This document shows, piece by piece, positions 46,322 to 56,815 of a stretch of DNA of 64,000 bases (its first letter is position 1; each line of letters starts with the position of its first letter). The translations under genes were made by a program, and so were the position numbers. The DNA is from Betaproteobacteria bacterium. GTDB lineage: Bacteria; Pseudomonadota; Gammaproteobacteria; Burkholderiales; SG8-39. The notes beneath the pieces were generated by a model. The model did no database searches. It saw only the letters and a list, made by a program, of their open reading frames with translations, and was not told the origin of the DNA. The stretch lies in assembly GCA_016195915.1 (NCBI GenBank), contig JACPYS010000038.1:136929-200928 (forward strand). The letters are read 5' to 3'.

Positions 46322-46796
46322 CGCGATGCATGAAGCTCTCTAGGATCAGGATCGCCGCGCCCACGGTGATCGCGGAGTCGGCCACGTTGAACGCAGGCCA
46401 GTGCCGGCCCCAGGCGTGAAAATCGAGGAAATCGACCACCTGGCCGAGCGTGAGACGGTCCCACAGGTTGCCGAGTGCGCCGCCGAGGATCAGCGCCAGT
46501 CCCGCGCACAATAAGTACTTACCCTGTTCGCGCACGATCATCCAGCCGACCACGCCGACCGCGACCACCGCCACGGTGACGAAGAACGGCGTCTGCCAGC
46601 CGGAAGCGGAGGCAAACAGGCTGAACGCGGCGCCTTTGTTGGTCACCAGCACCAGGTTGAAGAATGGCGCGACCACAAGCGTCTCACCGTGGCGCAGACA
46701 GGCCATCACCAGCGCCTTGGTCACCTGATCGAACATGAGCACGGCGGCAGCCGCGGCGAACCAGGGCCAGCTTCCGCGCAAGGCGGATTCAGGCAT
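46305..46796 (-). CDS. lspA: lipoprotein signal peptidase II
   Basis: ATG at 46796, just after the ileS stop. [28 protein letters not shown] and FNVADSAI motifs. Confidence 0.88.
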   Translation of the reverse strand: MPESALRGSWPWFAAAAAVLMFDQVTKALVMACLRHGETLVVAPFFNLVLVTNKGAAFSLFASASGWQTPFFVTVAVVAVGVVGWMIVREQGKYLLCAGLALILGGALGNLWDRLTLGQVVDFLDFHAWGRHWPAFNVADSAITVGAAILILESFMHRDEKSA

Positions 46797-49629
46797 GGAC
46801 GCGCTTCTCGCCGCTGCCATGCAGATTGGAAACGCAGCGCCCGCAGAGCAACGGATGCCCGGCATGCGTGCCGACGTCCGCGACGCAATGCCAGCAGCGT
46901 TCGCACTTCGCATGCGCGCTGGGCCGCGCGATCACTTCGAGCGCCTCACCGCGCTCGAGCGTCGCGGCCGAGGTGATCATGACGAAGCGCAAATCCTCGC
47001 CCAGGCTCGCGAGCAGGGCGTGGTCGGCTTCGGGCGCTGCGATCGTAATCTCGGCGCGCAGCGAAGAGCCGATCTCGCCCGTCTTGCGCAGCGACTCGAG
47101 CACGCGCGTCACCTCGGCGCGAATTTCGCGCAGCCGGCGCCACTTGGGTCTCAGCGCTCTGCCCGCGGTGTCCGCCGGCGCCACGTTGCTCCAGTCGCCC
47201 ACGAAGATGCTCGGGTCCGAAGGCACGAGGATGCTCCAGGCCTCTTCGGCGGTGAAACTGAGCACCGGCGCCATCAGGTGCAACAGCGTGCGCGTGATGT
47301 GGTGCAGCGCGGTCTGCGCCGAGCGGCGCGCCCGCCCGCCTGCCGCGGTGGTGTACAGACGGTCCTTGAGAATGTCCAGATAGAAACCGCCGAGATCCTC
47401 CGAGCACCACGTCTGCAGCCGCTGCATCACGCGATGGAACTCGTAGTCGGCGTAGGCGCCAGTCACTTCGGACCACATCTCGCGGTTGAGCGAGAGCGCA
47501 TACCGGTCGATCTCAAGCATCTCCTGCGGCGCCACGGCGTGCCGGGCAAGGTCGAAGTCGGCGGTGTTGGCGAGCAGGAAGCGCATCGTGTTGCGGATGC
47601 GGCGGTAGCTCTCGACCACGCGCTTGAGGATCTCGTTCGAGATCGACAGCTCGCCCGAGTAGTCGGTGCTCGCGACCCACAGGCGCAGCGCCTCGGCGCC
47701 GAGCGTGCCCGCGATTTCCTGCGGCGCAATCATGTTGCCCTTGGACTTGGACATCTTGCGCCCTTCGCCATCGACGAAGAAGCCGTGCGTGAGCAGGCCC
47801 TGGTAGGGCGGCACGCCGTTCAGCATGCACGACACGAGCAGCGACGAGTGGAACCAGCCGCGGTGCTGGTCCGAGCCTTCGAGATAGAGATCGGCCGGAA
47901 ATTGCGTGTCCGCGGCGTGCGAACCGATGCCAGCGGCGCGGCCCTCCGGCCCGCCCATCACCGTCTGGTGCGTCGAACCCGAGTCGAACCACACGTCGAG
48001 CGTGTCGCGGCTTTTCGCGTACTGCGCGGCGTCGGCGCCGATGAGCGAGGCGGGTTCGAGCGTCTGCCACACCTCGATGCCGCCCCGCTCGATGAGCTTC
48101 GCCACCTGCTCGAGCAGCTCGGGCGTGCGCGGGTGCAGTTCGCCGGTTTCCCGGTGCAGGAAAAACGGCATCGGCACGCCCCACTGGCGCTGGCGCGAAA
48201 GCGTCCAGTCGGGCCGGTTGGCGATCATGCCGTGCAGCCGCGCCTGTCCCCAGGCGGGAAAGAATTTCGTCGCCTCGATGCCGCGCAGCGCCGTCGCGCG
48301 CAGGGTCTCCGGAGGGCGCGCGCCGTTGAAACCCGGAACTGCGTCCATGCCCGCGAACCATTGGGTGGTGGCGCGCAGGATCACCGGCGTCTTGTGGCGC
48401 CAGCAATGCATGTAACTGTGAGGCGTGTTCTCCTTGGCGAACAAAACGCCGTTGCCGGGCAACTGGGCCGCCATGTGCGCGATGATCTTTCCGTTCGCCG
48501 CCCAGATCATCATCCCGCCGAACAGCGGCAGGCTCGCGGCGAATTTGCCGTCGCCCTGGACCGGGGTGAGAATCTCCTCGTCCTTCATGCCGTAGCGCCG
48601 GCAGGAAACGAAGTCCTCCACGCCGTAGGCGGGTGCCGAGTGCACGAGCCCGGTGCCGGTGTCGAGCGTCACGTAATCGCCCAGGTATACCGGCGCCGGA
48701 CGATCGTAAAACGGATGGCGGAAGGCGATTCTTTCCAGCGCCCTGCCCTTGGCGCGCGCGATCACCGTGCCGTTGAGCTTGTAGCGCGCGAGGCAGACGT
48801 CCCTGAGTTCCGCGGCAAGGATCAGCAAACCCTTCTCGCTATCGACCAGTTCATAGTCGAAATCCGCATGCGCGTTGATTGCCTGGTTGCCCGGCAGCGT
48901 CCAGGGCGTGGTGGTCCAGATCACCGCATAGCCGGGTTTGTCCGGCAGGCGCGCGAGGCCGAATGCCCGTGCGACTCTCTCGCGCTCCGCGAACGGAAAT
49001 CCGACGTCGATCGCGGGGTCCTTGCGATCCTCGTATTCCACTTCCGCTTCGGCGAGCGCGGAGCCGCAATCGAAGCACCAGTTCACCGGCTTGAGCCCGC
49101 GGTAAAGATAACCCTTTTGCAGCAGGCGACCGAGCACGCGCACTTCGTCGGCCTCGTTGCGGTACGCCATCGTCGTGTAGGGCCGGTCCCAGTCGCCGAG
49201 CACGCCGAGGCGCCGGAATCCCGCCTTCTGACGCTCGATCTGTTCGGTGGCATAGGCACGGCACAGGCGCAGCGTTTCCTCGGTGGAAAGGTTCTTGCCG
49301 TGCTGTTTCTCGATCTGCGCCTCGATCGGCATGCCGTGGCAATCCCAGCCGGGAACGTAAGGCGCGTCGAACCCGGCCAGGGTCTTGGACTTGACGATGA
49401 TGTCCTTGAGGATCTTGTTGAGCGCGTGGCCCAGGTGCAGGTCGCCGTTGGCGTAGGGCGGACCGTCGTGCAGCACGAATCGCGGCCTGCCCTGCGATGC
49501 GGAGCGGATGCTCCGGTACACGTCCTTGTCCTGCCACTGCCTGACCCATTGCGGCTCTCGCTTTGCGAGGTCGCCCTTCATGGGGAAAGGCGTGTCGGGG
49601 AGATTCAGCGTTTTCTTGTAGTCAGCCAT
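46789..49629 (-). CDS. ileS: isoleucine--tRNA ligase
   Basis: ATG at 49629 ([21 protein letters not shown]). [15 protein letters not shown] (HIGH), KMSKSKGN (KMSKS) and a C-terminal CERCW...CGRC zinc site. Confidence 0.95.
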   Translation of the reverse strand: MADYKKTLNLPDTPFPMKGDLAKREPQWVRQWQDKDVYRSIRSASQGRPRFVLHDGPPYANGDLHLGHALNKILKDIIVKSKTLAGFDAPYVPGWDCHGMPIEAQIEKQHGKNLSTEETLRLCRAYATEQIERQKAGFRRLGVLGDWDRPYTTMAYRNEADEVRVLGRLLQKGYLYRGLKPVNWCFDCGSALAEAEVEYEDRKDPAIDVGFPFAERERVARAFGLARLPDKPGYAVIWTTTPWTLPGNQAINAHADFDYELVDSEKGLLILAAELRDVCLARYKLNGTVIARAKGRALERIAFRHPFYDRPAPVYLGDYVTLDTGTGLVHSAPAYGVEDFVSCRRYGMKDEEILTPVQGDGKFAASLPLFGGMMIWAANGKIIAHMAAQLPGNGVLFAKENTPHSYMHCWRHKTPVILRATTQWFAGMDAVPGFNGARPPETLRATALRGIEATKFFPAWGQARLHGMIANRPDWTLSRQRQWGVPMPFFLHRETGELHPRTPELLEQVAKLIERGGIEVWQTLEPASLIGADAAQYAKSRDTLDVWFDSGSTHQTVMGGPEGRAAGIGSHAADTQFPADLYLEGSDQHRGWFHSSLLVSCMLNGVPPYQGLLTHGFFVDGEGRKMSKSKGNMIAPQEIAGTLGAEALRLWVASTDYSGELSISNEILKRVVESYRRIRNTMRFLLANTADFDLARHAVAPQEMLEIDRYALSLNREMWSEVTGAYADYEFHRVMQRLQTWCSEDLGGFYLDILKDRLYTTAAGGRARRSAQTALHHITRTLLHLMAPVLSFTAEEAWSILVPSDPSIFVGDWSNVAPADTAGRALRPKWRRLREIRAEVTRVLESLRKTGEIGSSLRAEITIAAPEADHALLASLGEDLRFVMITSAATLERGEALEVIARPSAHAKCERCWHCVADVGTHAGHPLLCGRCVSNLHGSGEKRVHA

Positions 49630-50578
49630 GTCGTCGTGTCGCAAAATAATCCTTCGCCCGGGCGACGTCGCGCGCGATGGCGGCGCGCAACGCGTCGAGC
49701 CCTTCGTATTTTTCCTCCTCGCGCAGCTTGGCGAGGAAATTCACCTCCAGGCGCCGGCCATAAAGTTCGTCCGAAAAATCGAACAGGTGAACTTCGAGCA
49801 CCGTCGCCCCGTCGGCCTTCACGGTCGGGCGCACGCCGAGGCTTGCAACGCCCGGCCACGGCTTCGATCCCTGCACACCCGTTCCGACGCCGAGCGCTTC
49901 TACCACGAAGATGCCGCGCAATGGTGCGCGGCCGGGCCCGAGCGGAATATTCGCGGTAGCGAACCCGAGATCGCGGCCGAGCTTGTCTCCGTGGGCCACG
50001 TGGCCGCCGAGCGCGAAAGGGCGGCCAAGGTGGGATGCGGCCCGCTGCATGTCGCCGGCAGCCAGTGCCGCGCGCACCGCGGAGCTGGAAATGCGTTCGC
50101 CCGCATGCAGGATTTCGGGCATCGCCTCGAGCACGAAACCGTGGCGCGCAGCCGCAGCTTCCAGCGCCGCAAAATCACCGGCACGCTTCGCGCCGTAGCG
50201 AAAGTCGCGCCCCGCCAGCAGCCACGCGCAACCCAGGCCGTTCACGAGCACTTCCGCGACGAAGCGCTCCGGGCTGAGCGAAGCAAACTGCGCGTTGAAT
50301 CTCGCCACATGCGCGTGATCGACGCCGGCCGCCTCGAGCAGCTCGAGCTTGATGTGCATCGGCGTCAGGCGTGCCGGCGCCCCGGCGGGGGTGAAAAATT
50401 CGCGCGGATGCGGCTCGAAGGTAATCACGGTGGCGGGCAGGCCAAGTCGCCGTGCCGCCTCCTTCAGACGCGCGAGCATGGCCTGATGGCCGAGATGCAC
50501 GCCATCGAAGTTGCCGATGGTCAGCGCCGAGCGCGTTGTGCCGCCCGATGCGGCCACAGACCCGTGCGTGATCCGCAT
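49622..50578 (-). CDS. ribF: bifunctional riboflavin kinase/FAD synthetase
   Basis: 318 aa. [16 protein letters not shown], and C-terminal GFATANI...[19 protein letters not shown]. Confidence 0.9.
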   Translation of the reverse strand: MRITHGSVAASGGTTRSALTIGNFDGVHLGHQAMLARLKEAARRLGLPATVITFEPHPREFFTPAGAPARLTPMHIKLELLEAAGVDHAHVARFNAQFASLSPERFVAEVLVNGLGCAWLLAGRDFRYGAKRAGDFAALEAAAARHGFVLEAMPEILHAGERISSSAVRAALAAGDMQRAASHLGRPFALGGHVAHGDKLGRDLGFATANIPLGPGRAPLRGIFVVEALGVGTGVQGSKPWPGVASLGVRPTVKADGATVLEVHLFDFSDELYGRRLEVNFLAKLREEEKYEGLDALRAAIARDVARAKDYFATRRHG

Positions 50579-50684
50579 AGTGGGAGCAGTTAAAAGTTTG
50601 AATTATAGCGGATTTCGGGGTTTTTCCGTGCGCTGGGCGGCACGCTAGACTAACGGATACTGGTCGGGGAAAACGTGGCGAAAT

Positions 50685-52436
50685 ATGAATCGGGCGGGGT
50701 CGGCAATGCATGGCGGTGATCGGGTCGCGGCAACGCTCCAAGTGCACGGGGTGCGGTTCGTATTCACGCTGTGCGGCGGGCACATCTCGCCGATCCTCGC
50801 CGCTGCGAAAGCGCGCGGCCTGCGCATCGTCGATGTGCGCGACGAAGCCACGGCGGTATTCGCGGCGGACGCGGTCGCGCGCCTCACGGGCGTCCCCGGC
50901 GTCGCCGCGGTGACCGCGGGGCCCGGGGTCACCAACATCATTACCGCGCTGAAGAACGCCCAGCTCGCGCAATCGCCGGTGGTGGTGCTCGGCGGCGCGG
51001 CGCCTACGGCGCTGCAGGGGCGCGGCGCATTGCAGGACATCGATCAGCGCTCGCTGGTCGAGCCGCACGTGAAACTGGTAAAGACGGTGCGCCAGGTGCG
51101 CGAACTGGCTCCCGCGGTGGAACAGGCTTTCGCGGTCGCGCGAGAAGGCGTGCCGGGGCCCGTGTTCGTCGAATGTCCGGTGGACCTGCTCTACGAGGAA
51201 GCGACGATCCGCGAGTGGTACGCGAGCGCCGCTGGCAAGGGCGGTTCGGTGGCAGAGCGCGTGCTGCGCTTTTACCTGAACCGCCACGTAGAGAAGATGT
51301 TCGCCGGCAGCCAGGAACCGGCGCCGGTGCGCGCTCGCGCCGTGAGCGCAGCCGCGCCGCCCGTTGCGAGCCTGCGCGCCGCGGCAGCGGCTCTCGCGAA
51401 GGCCGAACGGCCGTTGATGATCGTCGGCAGCCAGGCGCTCGCCCTCGCCGCCGAGGCGCCGCGCATCGCGCAGGCAGTTACGAGCCTCGGCATTCCCGCC
51501 TATCTCTCAGGGATGGCGCGCGGGCTGCTCGGACGCGATGCGGAGCTGCAGATGCGCCACCAGCGCAGGCAGGCATTGCGCGAGGCCGACTGCGTGGTGC
51601 TGGCCGGCGTGCCCTGCGATTTCCGCCTCGACTACGGCCGCCACATCCGCCGATCGAGCACGCTCATCGCGGCCAATCGCAGTCGCAGCGACGCGCGCCT
51701 GAACCGCCGGCCGGATATCGCCGCGATCGGCGACGCGGGGCTGTTCCTCTGCCTCCTCGCGGAAACACTCGGCCCACAGCGTGCGCGGCGCGACGGGTGG
51801 ATCCATGCAATGCGCAACCGCGACCAGGAGCGTGAAACCGAAATCGACCGGCAGGCTGGCGCTCCGGGCCAATACGTCAACCCGATCGCGCTGTGCCGGG
51901 CGATCGACGCGGCGGCCGGCGAAAACGCGGTAATGGTCGCCGATGGCGGCGATTTCGTCGCCACCGCCGCCTACACCGTCCACCCGCGCTCGCCGCTGTC
52001 CTGGCTCGATCCGGGCGTATTCGGCACGCTCGGCGTCGGCGCGGGATTTGCGCTCGGAGCGAAACTCTGCCGTCCCGAATCGGAAGTCTGGATCATCTAC
52101 GGCGACGGCGCCTGCGGTTTCGGCCTCACCGAATTCGACACCTTCGTGCGTCATGGATTGCCGGTAATCGCGGTGGTCGGTAACGACGCGGGATGGACGC
52201 AGATCGCGCGCGAACAGGTGAAGATGCTCAACGACGACGTCGCCACCGTGCTCAGCCGCACCGCCTATCACGAAGTGGCTGCCGGCTTCGGGGCGCAGGG
52301 GATCCTGATGAGCAAGGCTTCCGAAATGCCCGCAGCGCTGGCGCAGGCGCGCGCTGCGGCGAAAGCGGGACGGCCGGTGCTCGTCAACGCCTGGCTCGAC
52401 CGGACGGATTTCAGGGACGGCTCGATCTCGATGTGA
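50685..52436 (+). CDS. thiamine pyrophosphate-binding enzyme (acetolactate synthase/oxalyl-CoA decarboxylase superfamily)
   Basis: 583 aa. [26 protein letters not shown], and the TPP motif GDGACGF...VVGNDAGW. Confidence 0.8.
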   Translation: MNRAGSAMHGGDRVAATLQVHGVRFVFTLCGGHISPILAAAKARGLRIVDVRDEATAVFAADAVARLTGVPGVAAVTAGPGVTNIITALKNAQLAQSPVVVLGGAAPTALQGRGALQDIDQRSLVEPHVKLVKTVRQVRELAPAVEQAFAVAREGVPGPVFVECPVDLLYEEATIREWYASAAGKGGSVAERVLRFYLNRHVEKMFAGSQEPAPVRARAVSAAAPPVASLRAAAAALAKAERPLMIVGSQALALAAEAPRIAQAVTSLGIPAYLSGMARGLLGRDAELQMRHQRRQALREADCVVLAGVPCDFRLDYGRHIRRSSTLIAANRSRSDARLNRRPDIAAIGDAGLFLCLLAETLGPQRARRDGWIHAMRNRDQERETEIDRQAGAPGQYVNPIALCRAIDAAAGENAVMVADGGDFVATAAYTVHPRSPLSWLDPGVFGTLGVGAGFALGAKLCRPESEVWIIYGDGACGFGLTEFDTFVRHGLPVIAVVGNDAGWTQIAREQVKMLNDDVATVLSRTAYHEVAAGFGAQGILMSKASEMPAALAQARAAAKAGRPVLVNAWLDRTDFRDGSISM

Positions 52437-52461
52437 TTGCGGGAATGACCACCCCGGGCGG

Positions 52462-53319
52462 CTAGTTCAGGCGCGCGCACTTCCCCGAGAGTTCGACCGC
52501 CTTGGCGCGGATCTCGTCGCTGTCGGCGGCATCGGGCACGGCCTCGAGGTAATCGTTGAGGTCTTTGAGCGCCGGCCGCCAGCACTCGAGGCGCTGGTAC
52601 ACCAGCCCGCGGTCGCGCAACTCGTGATGCGCATCGGGCGACACCGTCAGGATGCGGTTCATCACGCGCAGCAGCTGCTCGGGCTTTTCGTCCATGCGAT
52701 AGATGCCCTTGAGGTTGCGCAACACCCGTGCGAGGATCTGCCGGCGCGTCGCGGACTCGAGCAGCTGCTCGAGCGGAACCTGGTCGACGGTCATGCCGCC
52801 GAGCGCAGCCCTGCGCTGGCTGCTTTCATTCACGACACGGCGCAGGCGCTCGCGCAGGTCCTCCTCGTCGAGCGGCTCACCGCCGCGGAACGGATCGAGC
52901 ACGAGGACTCCGCCCCGCAACTTCAGTTTCACGAGGAAGTGCCCAGGGAAGGAAACGCCCGCGAGCGGCAATCCGATGCGCCGGCCGATCTCCATGTACA
53001 GGATCGAGAGCGTGATCGGGATACCGGTGCGGCGCTCGAGGACTTCGTTCAGGTAGCTGTTGCGGGCGTCGTAATACTCCCGCGCGTTGCCGCTGAAGCC
53101 GAGATCGTCGAACAGAAACTGGTTGAGCGCGATGATGCGTTCTTCGGCGCCGTTCGCTTGCGGCAGGCGCGCGCGCAGGCGGATCGCCATGCGTTCGATC
53201 TCGCCGAGGTAATGCTCCACGCGCAGCCCGGGATAGGCGTCTTCGGCGATCAGCAGGCAGGACTCGGCGAGGTCGATGCGCACGTCCTGGCGCTGCAACA
53301 TCTCGTCGAAGCGTTCCAT
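52462..53319 (-). CDS. SirB1/YchA-like transglutaminase-fold plus TPR protein
   Basis: 285 aa. NQFLFDDLGFSGNAREYYDARNSYLNEVLERRTGIPITLSILY is the family signature as I recall it. Confidence 0.65.
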   Translation of the reverse strand: MERFDEMLQRQDVRIDLAESCLLIAEDAYPGLRVEHYLGEIERMAIRLRARLPQANGAEERIIALNQFLFDDLGFSGNAREYYDARNSYLNEVLERRTGIPITLSILYMEIGRRIGLPLAGVSFPGHFLVKLKLRGGVLVLDPFRGGEPLDEEDLRERLRRVVNESSQRRAALGGMTVDQVPLEQLLESATRRQILARVLRNLKGIYRMDEKPEQLLRVMNRILTVSPDAHHELRDRGLVYQRLECWRPALKDLNDYLEAVPDAADSDEIRAKAVELSGKCARLN

Positions 53320-53334
53320 TGCGATGCGCCTTGC

Positions 53335-54870
53335 CTAAGCGCCGCGGCGGGAAAAATCCCTCAGGCGAAAGCCTAGCGCAAGAAGGACCCCGCCGTACAG
53401 GCCCAGCCCGAGTCCCACCAAACCGGCGATGCCGGTGACGCGCCACTGCCACGCGGCCGCGACCCACCACGCTCCGGCCGGCATCGCGACCACGAGCGCC
53501 GCCGCCATCAGGACCACAGCGCAAAGTACCTTTACGGTGAAAACAGCCCAGCCGGGTTCGGGCGTGTAGATGCCAAGCCGGCGCAGGTTGCGATAGAGCA
53601 GGCCGGCATTGAGGCAGGCGCCGAGCGATATCGCGAGCGCGAGGCCGGCGTGCGCCAGGATGCCGATGAACGCGAGGTTCATCAATTGCGTCGCAACCAG
53701 CGTTGCAACTCCGATCTTCACCGGCGTGACCACGTTCTGCCGCGCATAAAAACCGGGCGCGAGGATTTTTACCAGGATCAGGCCCGTCAGCCCGACGCTG
53801 TAGGCGACGAGCGCCTGCTGGGTCATGCGCGCGTCCTCCGCGGTGAACCGCCCGTACTGGAAAAGCGTACTGACCAGCGGGAGCGCGAGCACGGCCAGGG
53901 CGGCGGCCGCCGGCAGCGCGAGCATCAGCGTCAGGCGCAGGCCCCAGTCGAGGAGCTTCGAATACTCGATCGCGTTCGAATCGGCATGATACCTCGAGAG
54001 GCTCGGCAGGAGCACCGTGCCGAGCGCCACGCCGAGCATCGCGGTGGGGAACTCCATGAGGCGATCGGCGTAGTACAGCCACGAAACGCTCCCCGACACG
54101 AGGAAGGACGCGAAGATGGTGTTGATGAGCAGCGAGATCTGCCCGATCGACACGCCGAACAGCGCAGGCGCCATCAGCTTCAGCACGCGATTGACGCCCG
54201 GATGGCGGAAATCGAGCCGCCAGCGCGGCAACATGCCGATCTTCGCCAGAAAGGGCAATTGGAAGGCGAGTTGCAGCACACCGCCCGCGAACACTGCCCA
54301 GGCGAGGGCCATCACCGGCGGGTTGAACCAGGGCGCCGCGAACGCCGCCGCGACGATGAACGACAGGTTGAGGAGCACCGGGGTAAATGCCGGCACCGCG
54401 AACCGGCTCCAGCTGTTGAGGATGCCGGCGGCAAGGGCCACCAGCGAGATGAACAGCAGGTACGGAAAAGTGATTCTCAGCATCGCCACGGTGAGCGTGA
54501 ACTTCTCGGCGTCGGCGGCGAAACCGGGCGCGGACACGTAAATGATCAATGGCGCTGCGGCGATGCCGAGCGCGGCGGCGGCGGCCAGCGCGAGCGCGAG
54601 CAGGCTTGCCACGCTATCGACCAGCGTGCGGGTCTTGTCCTCTCCCTCCCGGTTGCGGTACTCCGCGAGGATGGGCACGAATGCCTGCGAAAACGCGCCC
54701 TCGGCGAACAGGCGCCGCAGCAGGTTCGGAATGCGGAAAGCGACGAAGAACGCGTCGGTCGCGAGACCTGCGCCGAATGCGCGCGCGATGAGCGCGTCGC
54801 GCACGTAGCCGAGGATCCTCGACACCAGCGTCAGGCTGCTGACCGTGGCGAGGGCCTTGAGCAGGCTCAT
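53335..54870 (-). CDS. murJ: lipid II flippase MurJ
   Basis: ATG at 54870 (MSLLKALATVSSLTLVSRILGYVRDALIARAFGAG...DAFFVAFRIPNLLRRLFAEGAFSQAFVP). Divergent from rpsT as usual. Confidence 0.92.
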   Translation of the reverse strand: MSLLKALATVSSLTLVSRILGYVRDALIARAFGAGLATDAFFVAFRIPNLLRRLFAEGAFSQAFVPILAEYRNREGEDKTRTLVDSVASLLALALAAAAALGIAAAPLIIYVSAPGFAADAEKFTLTVAMLRITFPYLLFISLVALAAGILNSWSRFAVPAFTPVLLNLSFIVAAAFAAPWFNPPVMALAWAVFAGGVLQLAFQLPFLAKIGMLPRWRLDFRHPGVNRVLKLMAPALFGVSIGQISLLINTIFASFLVSGSVSWLYYADRLMEFPTAMLGVALGTVLLPSLSRYHADSNAIEYSKLLDWGLRLTLMLALPAAAALAVLALPLVSTLFQYGRFTAEDARMTQQALVAYSVGLTGLILVKILAPGFYARQNVVTPVKIGVATLVATQLMNLAFIGILAHAGLALAISLGACLNAGLLYRNLRRLGIYTPEPGWAVFTVKVLCAVVLMAAALVVAMPAGAWWVAAAWQWRVTGIAGLVGLGLGLYGGVLLALGFRLRDFSRRGA

Positions 54871-54948
54871 CGTCCGCGGAGAAATGCCTTGCCCGCCGGG
54901 CGCTGAGCGAATAGAATGCGCCCCTTTTTCCGATTCCCGGATTCGCCC

Positions 54949-55212
54949 ATGGCCAACATCAAGTCCGCCCGCAAACGCGCGCGCCAGTCCGAAGAGCACC
55001 GCAAGCGCAATGCGAGCCATCTTTCCGCGATGCGCACCGCGATCAAGACACTCGGGAAGGCCGTTGCCGCCGGAGACAAGGCCGCCGCGACCGCCGCGCT
55101 GTCGCGCTCGATGAGCACGGTCGATCGCACCGCTTCAAAAGGCGTGATCCACCGCAACGTCGCCGCGCGCGCCAAGCGCCAGCTCGCGCACGCGCTCAAG
55201 TCGCTGGGCTGA
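54949..55212 (+). CDS. rpsT: 30S ribosomal protein S20
   Basis: ATG at 54949. MANIKSARKRARQSEEHRKRNAS... Confidence 0.93.
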   Translation: MANIKSARKRARQSEEHRKRNASHLSAMRTAIKTLGKAVAAGDKAAATAALSRSMSTVDRTASKGVIHRNVAARAKRQLAHALKSLG

Positions 55213-55561
55213 GCGCGGCTCCGGCCGCATCGCCCCCTCCGCGCTCCAGCTGGGCGAGCATCGTTCTGTCGGCGACCCGCCCGTCGCGCACGCGCAGTTC
55301 GTTCTCCGACGCAAAACCGAGCAGGAACCGGTAAGCCATGGGCTCGATCTTCTCGAGCCGGATGTCGACCACCACACATTTCTGGCCGCTCGCGGTGATC
55401 GGATGCACGTACGGCGAATAGGCCATGCGGTGGTCCCCGCCGAACGCGGACATCACCCCGCACAAGCGCTCGGCCCAATCGCTGGGCCGGAACGGTTTGC
55501 CATCTGCGGTGACTCCCTGGATCACGAATTCGACGACGACGGTGGATGAGAGCTGGCTCAT
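55196..55561 (-). CDS. DUF3579 domain-containing protein
   Basis: 121 aa. FVIQGVTADGKPFRPSDWAERLCGVMSAF...VVVDIRLEKIEPMAYRFL. Recalled as a conserved betaproteobacterial family near rpsT. Confidence 0.6.
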   Translation of the reverse strand: MSQLSSTVVVEFVIQGVTADGKPFRPSDWAERLCGVMSAFGGDHRMAYSPYVHPITASGQKCVVVDIRLEKIEPMAYRFLLGFASENELRVRDGRVADRTMLAQLERGGGDAAGAALSPAT

Positions 55562-55621
55562 AGGGCGGCGATTATAGCCGCCGGATCCGGCCTTCCCCTG
55601 TGCCCCGGCGCAACCCAGCCG

Positions 55622-55861
55622 TCAATGCCCTGGCGTGACGATCTGGATGTGATCAAGGCTCACGTTGATGAACGGCGCCGCGAGAATCTGCCGCCCGCCG
55701 ATAGCGAGTTCCCACACCTCGGCGTCCGTCACCGCGATGAACTCCTTCGAATCGGCGAGGAAATCCGTCACCCGCGCGCCGGAGATCAGCTCGATGTAGC
55801 CCTTGATGCGGTAAGCGTCGGTCAGGATCGTGACCTTCGTCTTCGTTTCATCGCCGTTCAT
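55622..55861 (-). CDS. small hypothetical protein
   Basis: 79 codons from the ATG at 55861 (MNGDETKTKVTILTDAYRIKGYIELISGARVTDFLADSKEFIAVTDAEVWE...). The composition is protein-like, while the upstream part of the track ORF is Arg-rich junk. Confidence 0.45.
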   Translation of the reverse strand: MNGDETKTKVTILTDAYRIKGYIELISGARVTDFLADSKEFIAVTDAEVWELAIGGRQILAAPFINVSLDHIQIVTPGH

Positions 55862-55949
55862 ATTGCATGCTCCCTGGTCGGTCCGGCCGCCATTGTCCCC
55901 CGCGTGGCGGTTTGCCTCAAGCCAACGTCTGACGCGCTGGCAAAGCCCT

Positions 55950-56366
55950 CTACCACGGCGCAATAAGCGGAATGCGTTCCCGTCCGTTGCGCCGGTAAGT
56001 CGCAAAATCCTTATCGAGAGTAAACACCTGCGAACTGCGGTGCATTTCGCTCATACGTACCAGACAGGCATCGGCAAAACTCATCGGAATGTCGGAGTAC
56101 TTGCGCAGCAGCCGCAAGGTGGCTTCGCTCTCATCCTGAAAATCGAAGCGGACCTCGAGCAGACCACGATCGATCATGGCGGCGAGCGCCTCGCTCCCTC
56201 CGAGCACGCCTTGAAGCAGAAAGAACGTCTCCGACAACACGGCCTCACAGGTCACAAGAGGCGCAGGACGCGCACCGAGTTGCGCGCGCGCCCAGGGATG
56301 ATGCCGGTCCCGTTTGCGCAATACGGCGACCAGCGGCCCGGTATCAGCGAGAACGGGACCGGCCAT
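55950..56366 (-). CDS. vapC: PIN-domain toxin VapC
   Basis: Start at M19 of the track ORF (MAGPVLADTGPLVAVL...). Acidic residues in PIN positions (ADTG, CEAVLSE, FADACL, TLDKDF). Confidence 0.75.
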   Translation of the reverse strand: MAGPVLADTGPLVAVLRKRDRHHPWARAQLGARPAPLVTCEAVLSETFFLLQGVLGGSEALAAMIDRGLLEVRFDFQDESEATLRLLRKYSDIPMSFADACLVRMSEMHRSSQVFTLDKDFATYRRNGRERIPLIAPW

Positions 56367-56589
56367 AACCGCGCAGGCGCGCCTTGTTCGACGACAGGTC
56401 GGCTGGTGCACGATCCTCATCGATCACGAGATCCTGCATGCGATCCCAAACCGAACCTGCCGACGATTCCGCCTGTTCGAGCCGCGCGCGCAGGATTTCG
56501 GAGCGCGACACGCCGCGTGCGCGCGCCACGCCTTCGATTTCGGCGAGCAAGCGGTCCTGGAGCTTGACGGTGACGGTACGCAATGACAT
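56344..56589 (-). CDS. vapB: ribbon-helix-helix (CopG-like) antitoxin VapB
   Basis: 81 aa. VTVKLQDRLLAEIEGVARARGVSRSEILRARLE is a typical RHH. Overlaps the vapC start. Confidence 0.7.
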   Translation of the reverse strand: MSLRTVTVKLQDRLLAEIEGVARARGVSRSEILRARLEQAESSAGSVWDRMQDLVIDEDRAPADLSSNKARLRGYGRSRSR

Positions 56590-56756
56590 GCGTTCATAGT
56601 ATTACCATATTGACACAATCGCAATACTGGGTCTTCCAAGACTCCGCAGCCGGGCGCAAACCTCACCCGGGCCGGTCTCCTGTACGGTTCCGCGCCGCCG
56701 CCGGAAAGAAGCCTCCCTTTTCTCCATAGTGCTGTGATAGCATTCGCAAAAGAGCA

Positions 56757-56788
56757 AAACGGCGGCCCGAGCCGCCGTTTTTTCTTTG
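56757..56788 (+). terminator. strong intrinsic terminator-like hairpin with no upstream plus-strand gene, 28 nt before the argD ATG
   Basis: AACGGCGGC-CCGA-GCCGCCGTT followed by TTTTTCTTT. The reverse strand also ends in a T-rich run. Confidence 0.6.
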
Positions 56789-56815
56789 CAGCTACGCGTT
56801 TGAGGGGGCACACAC

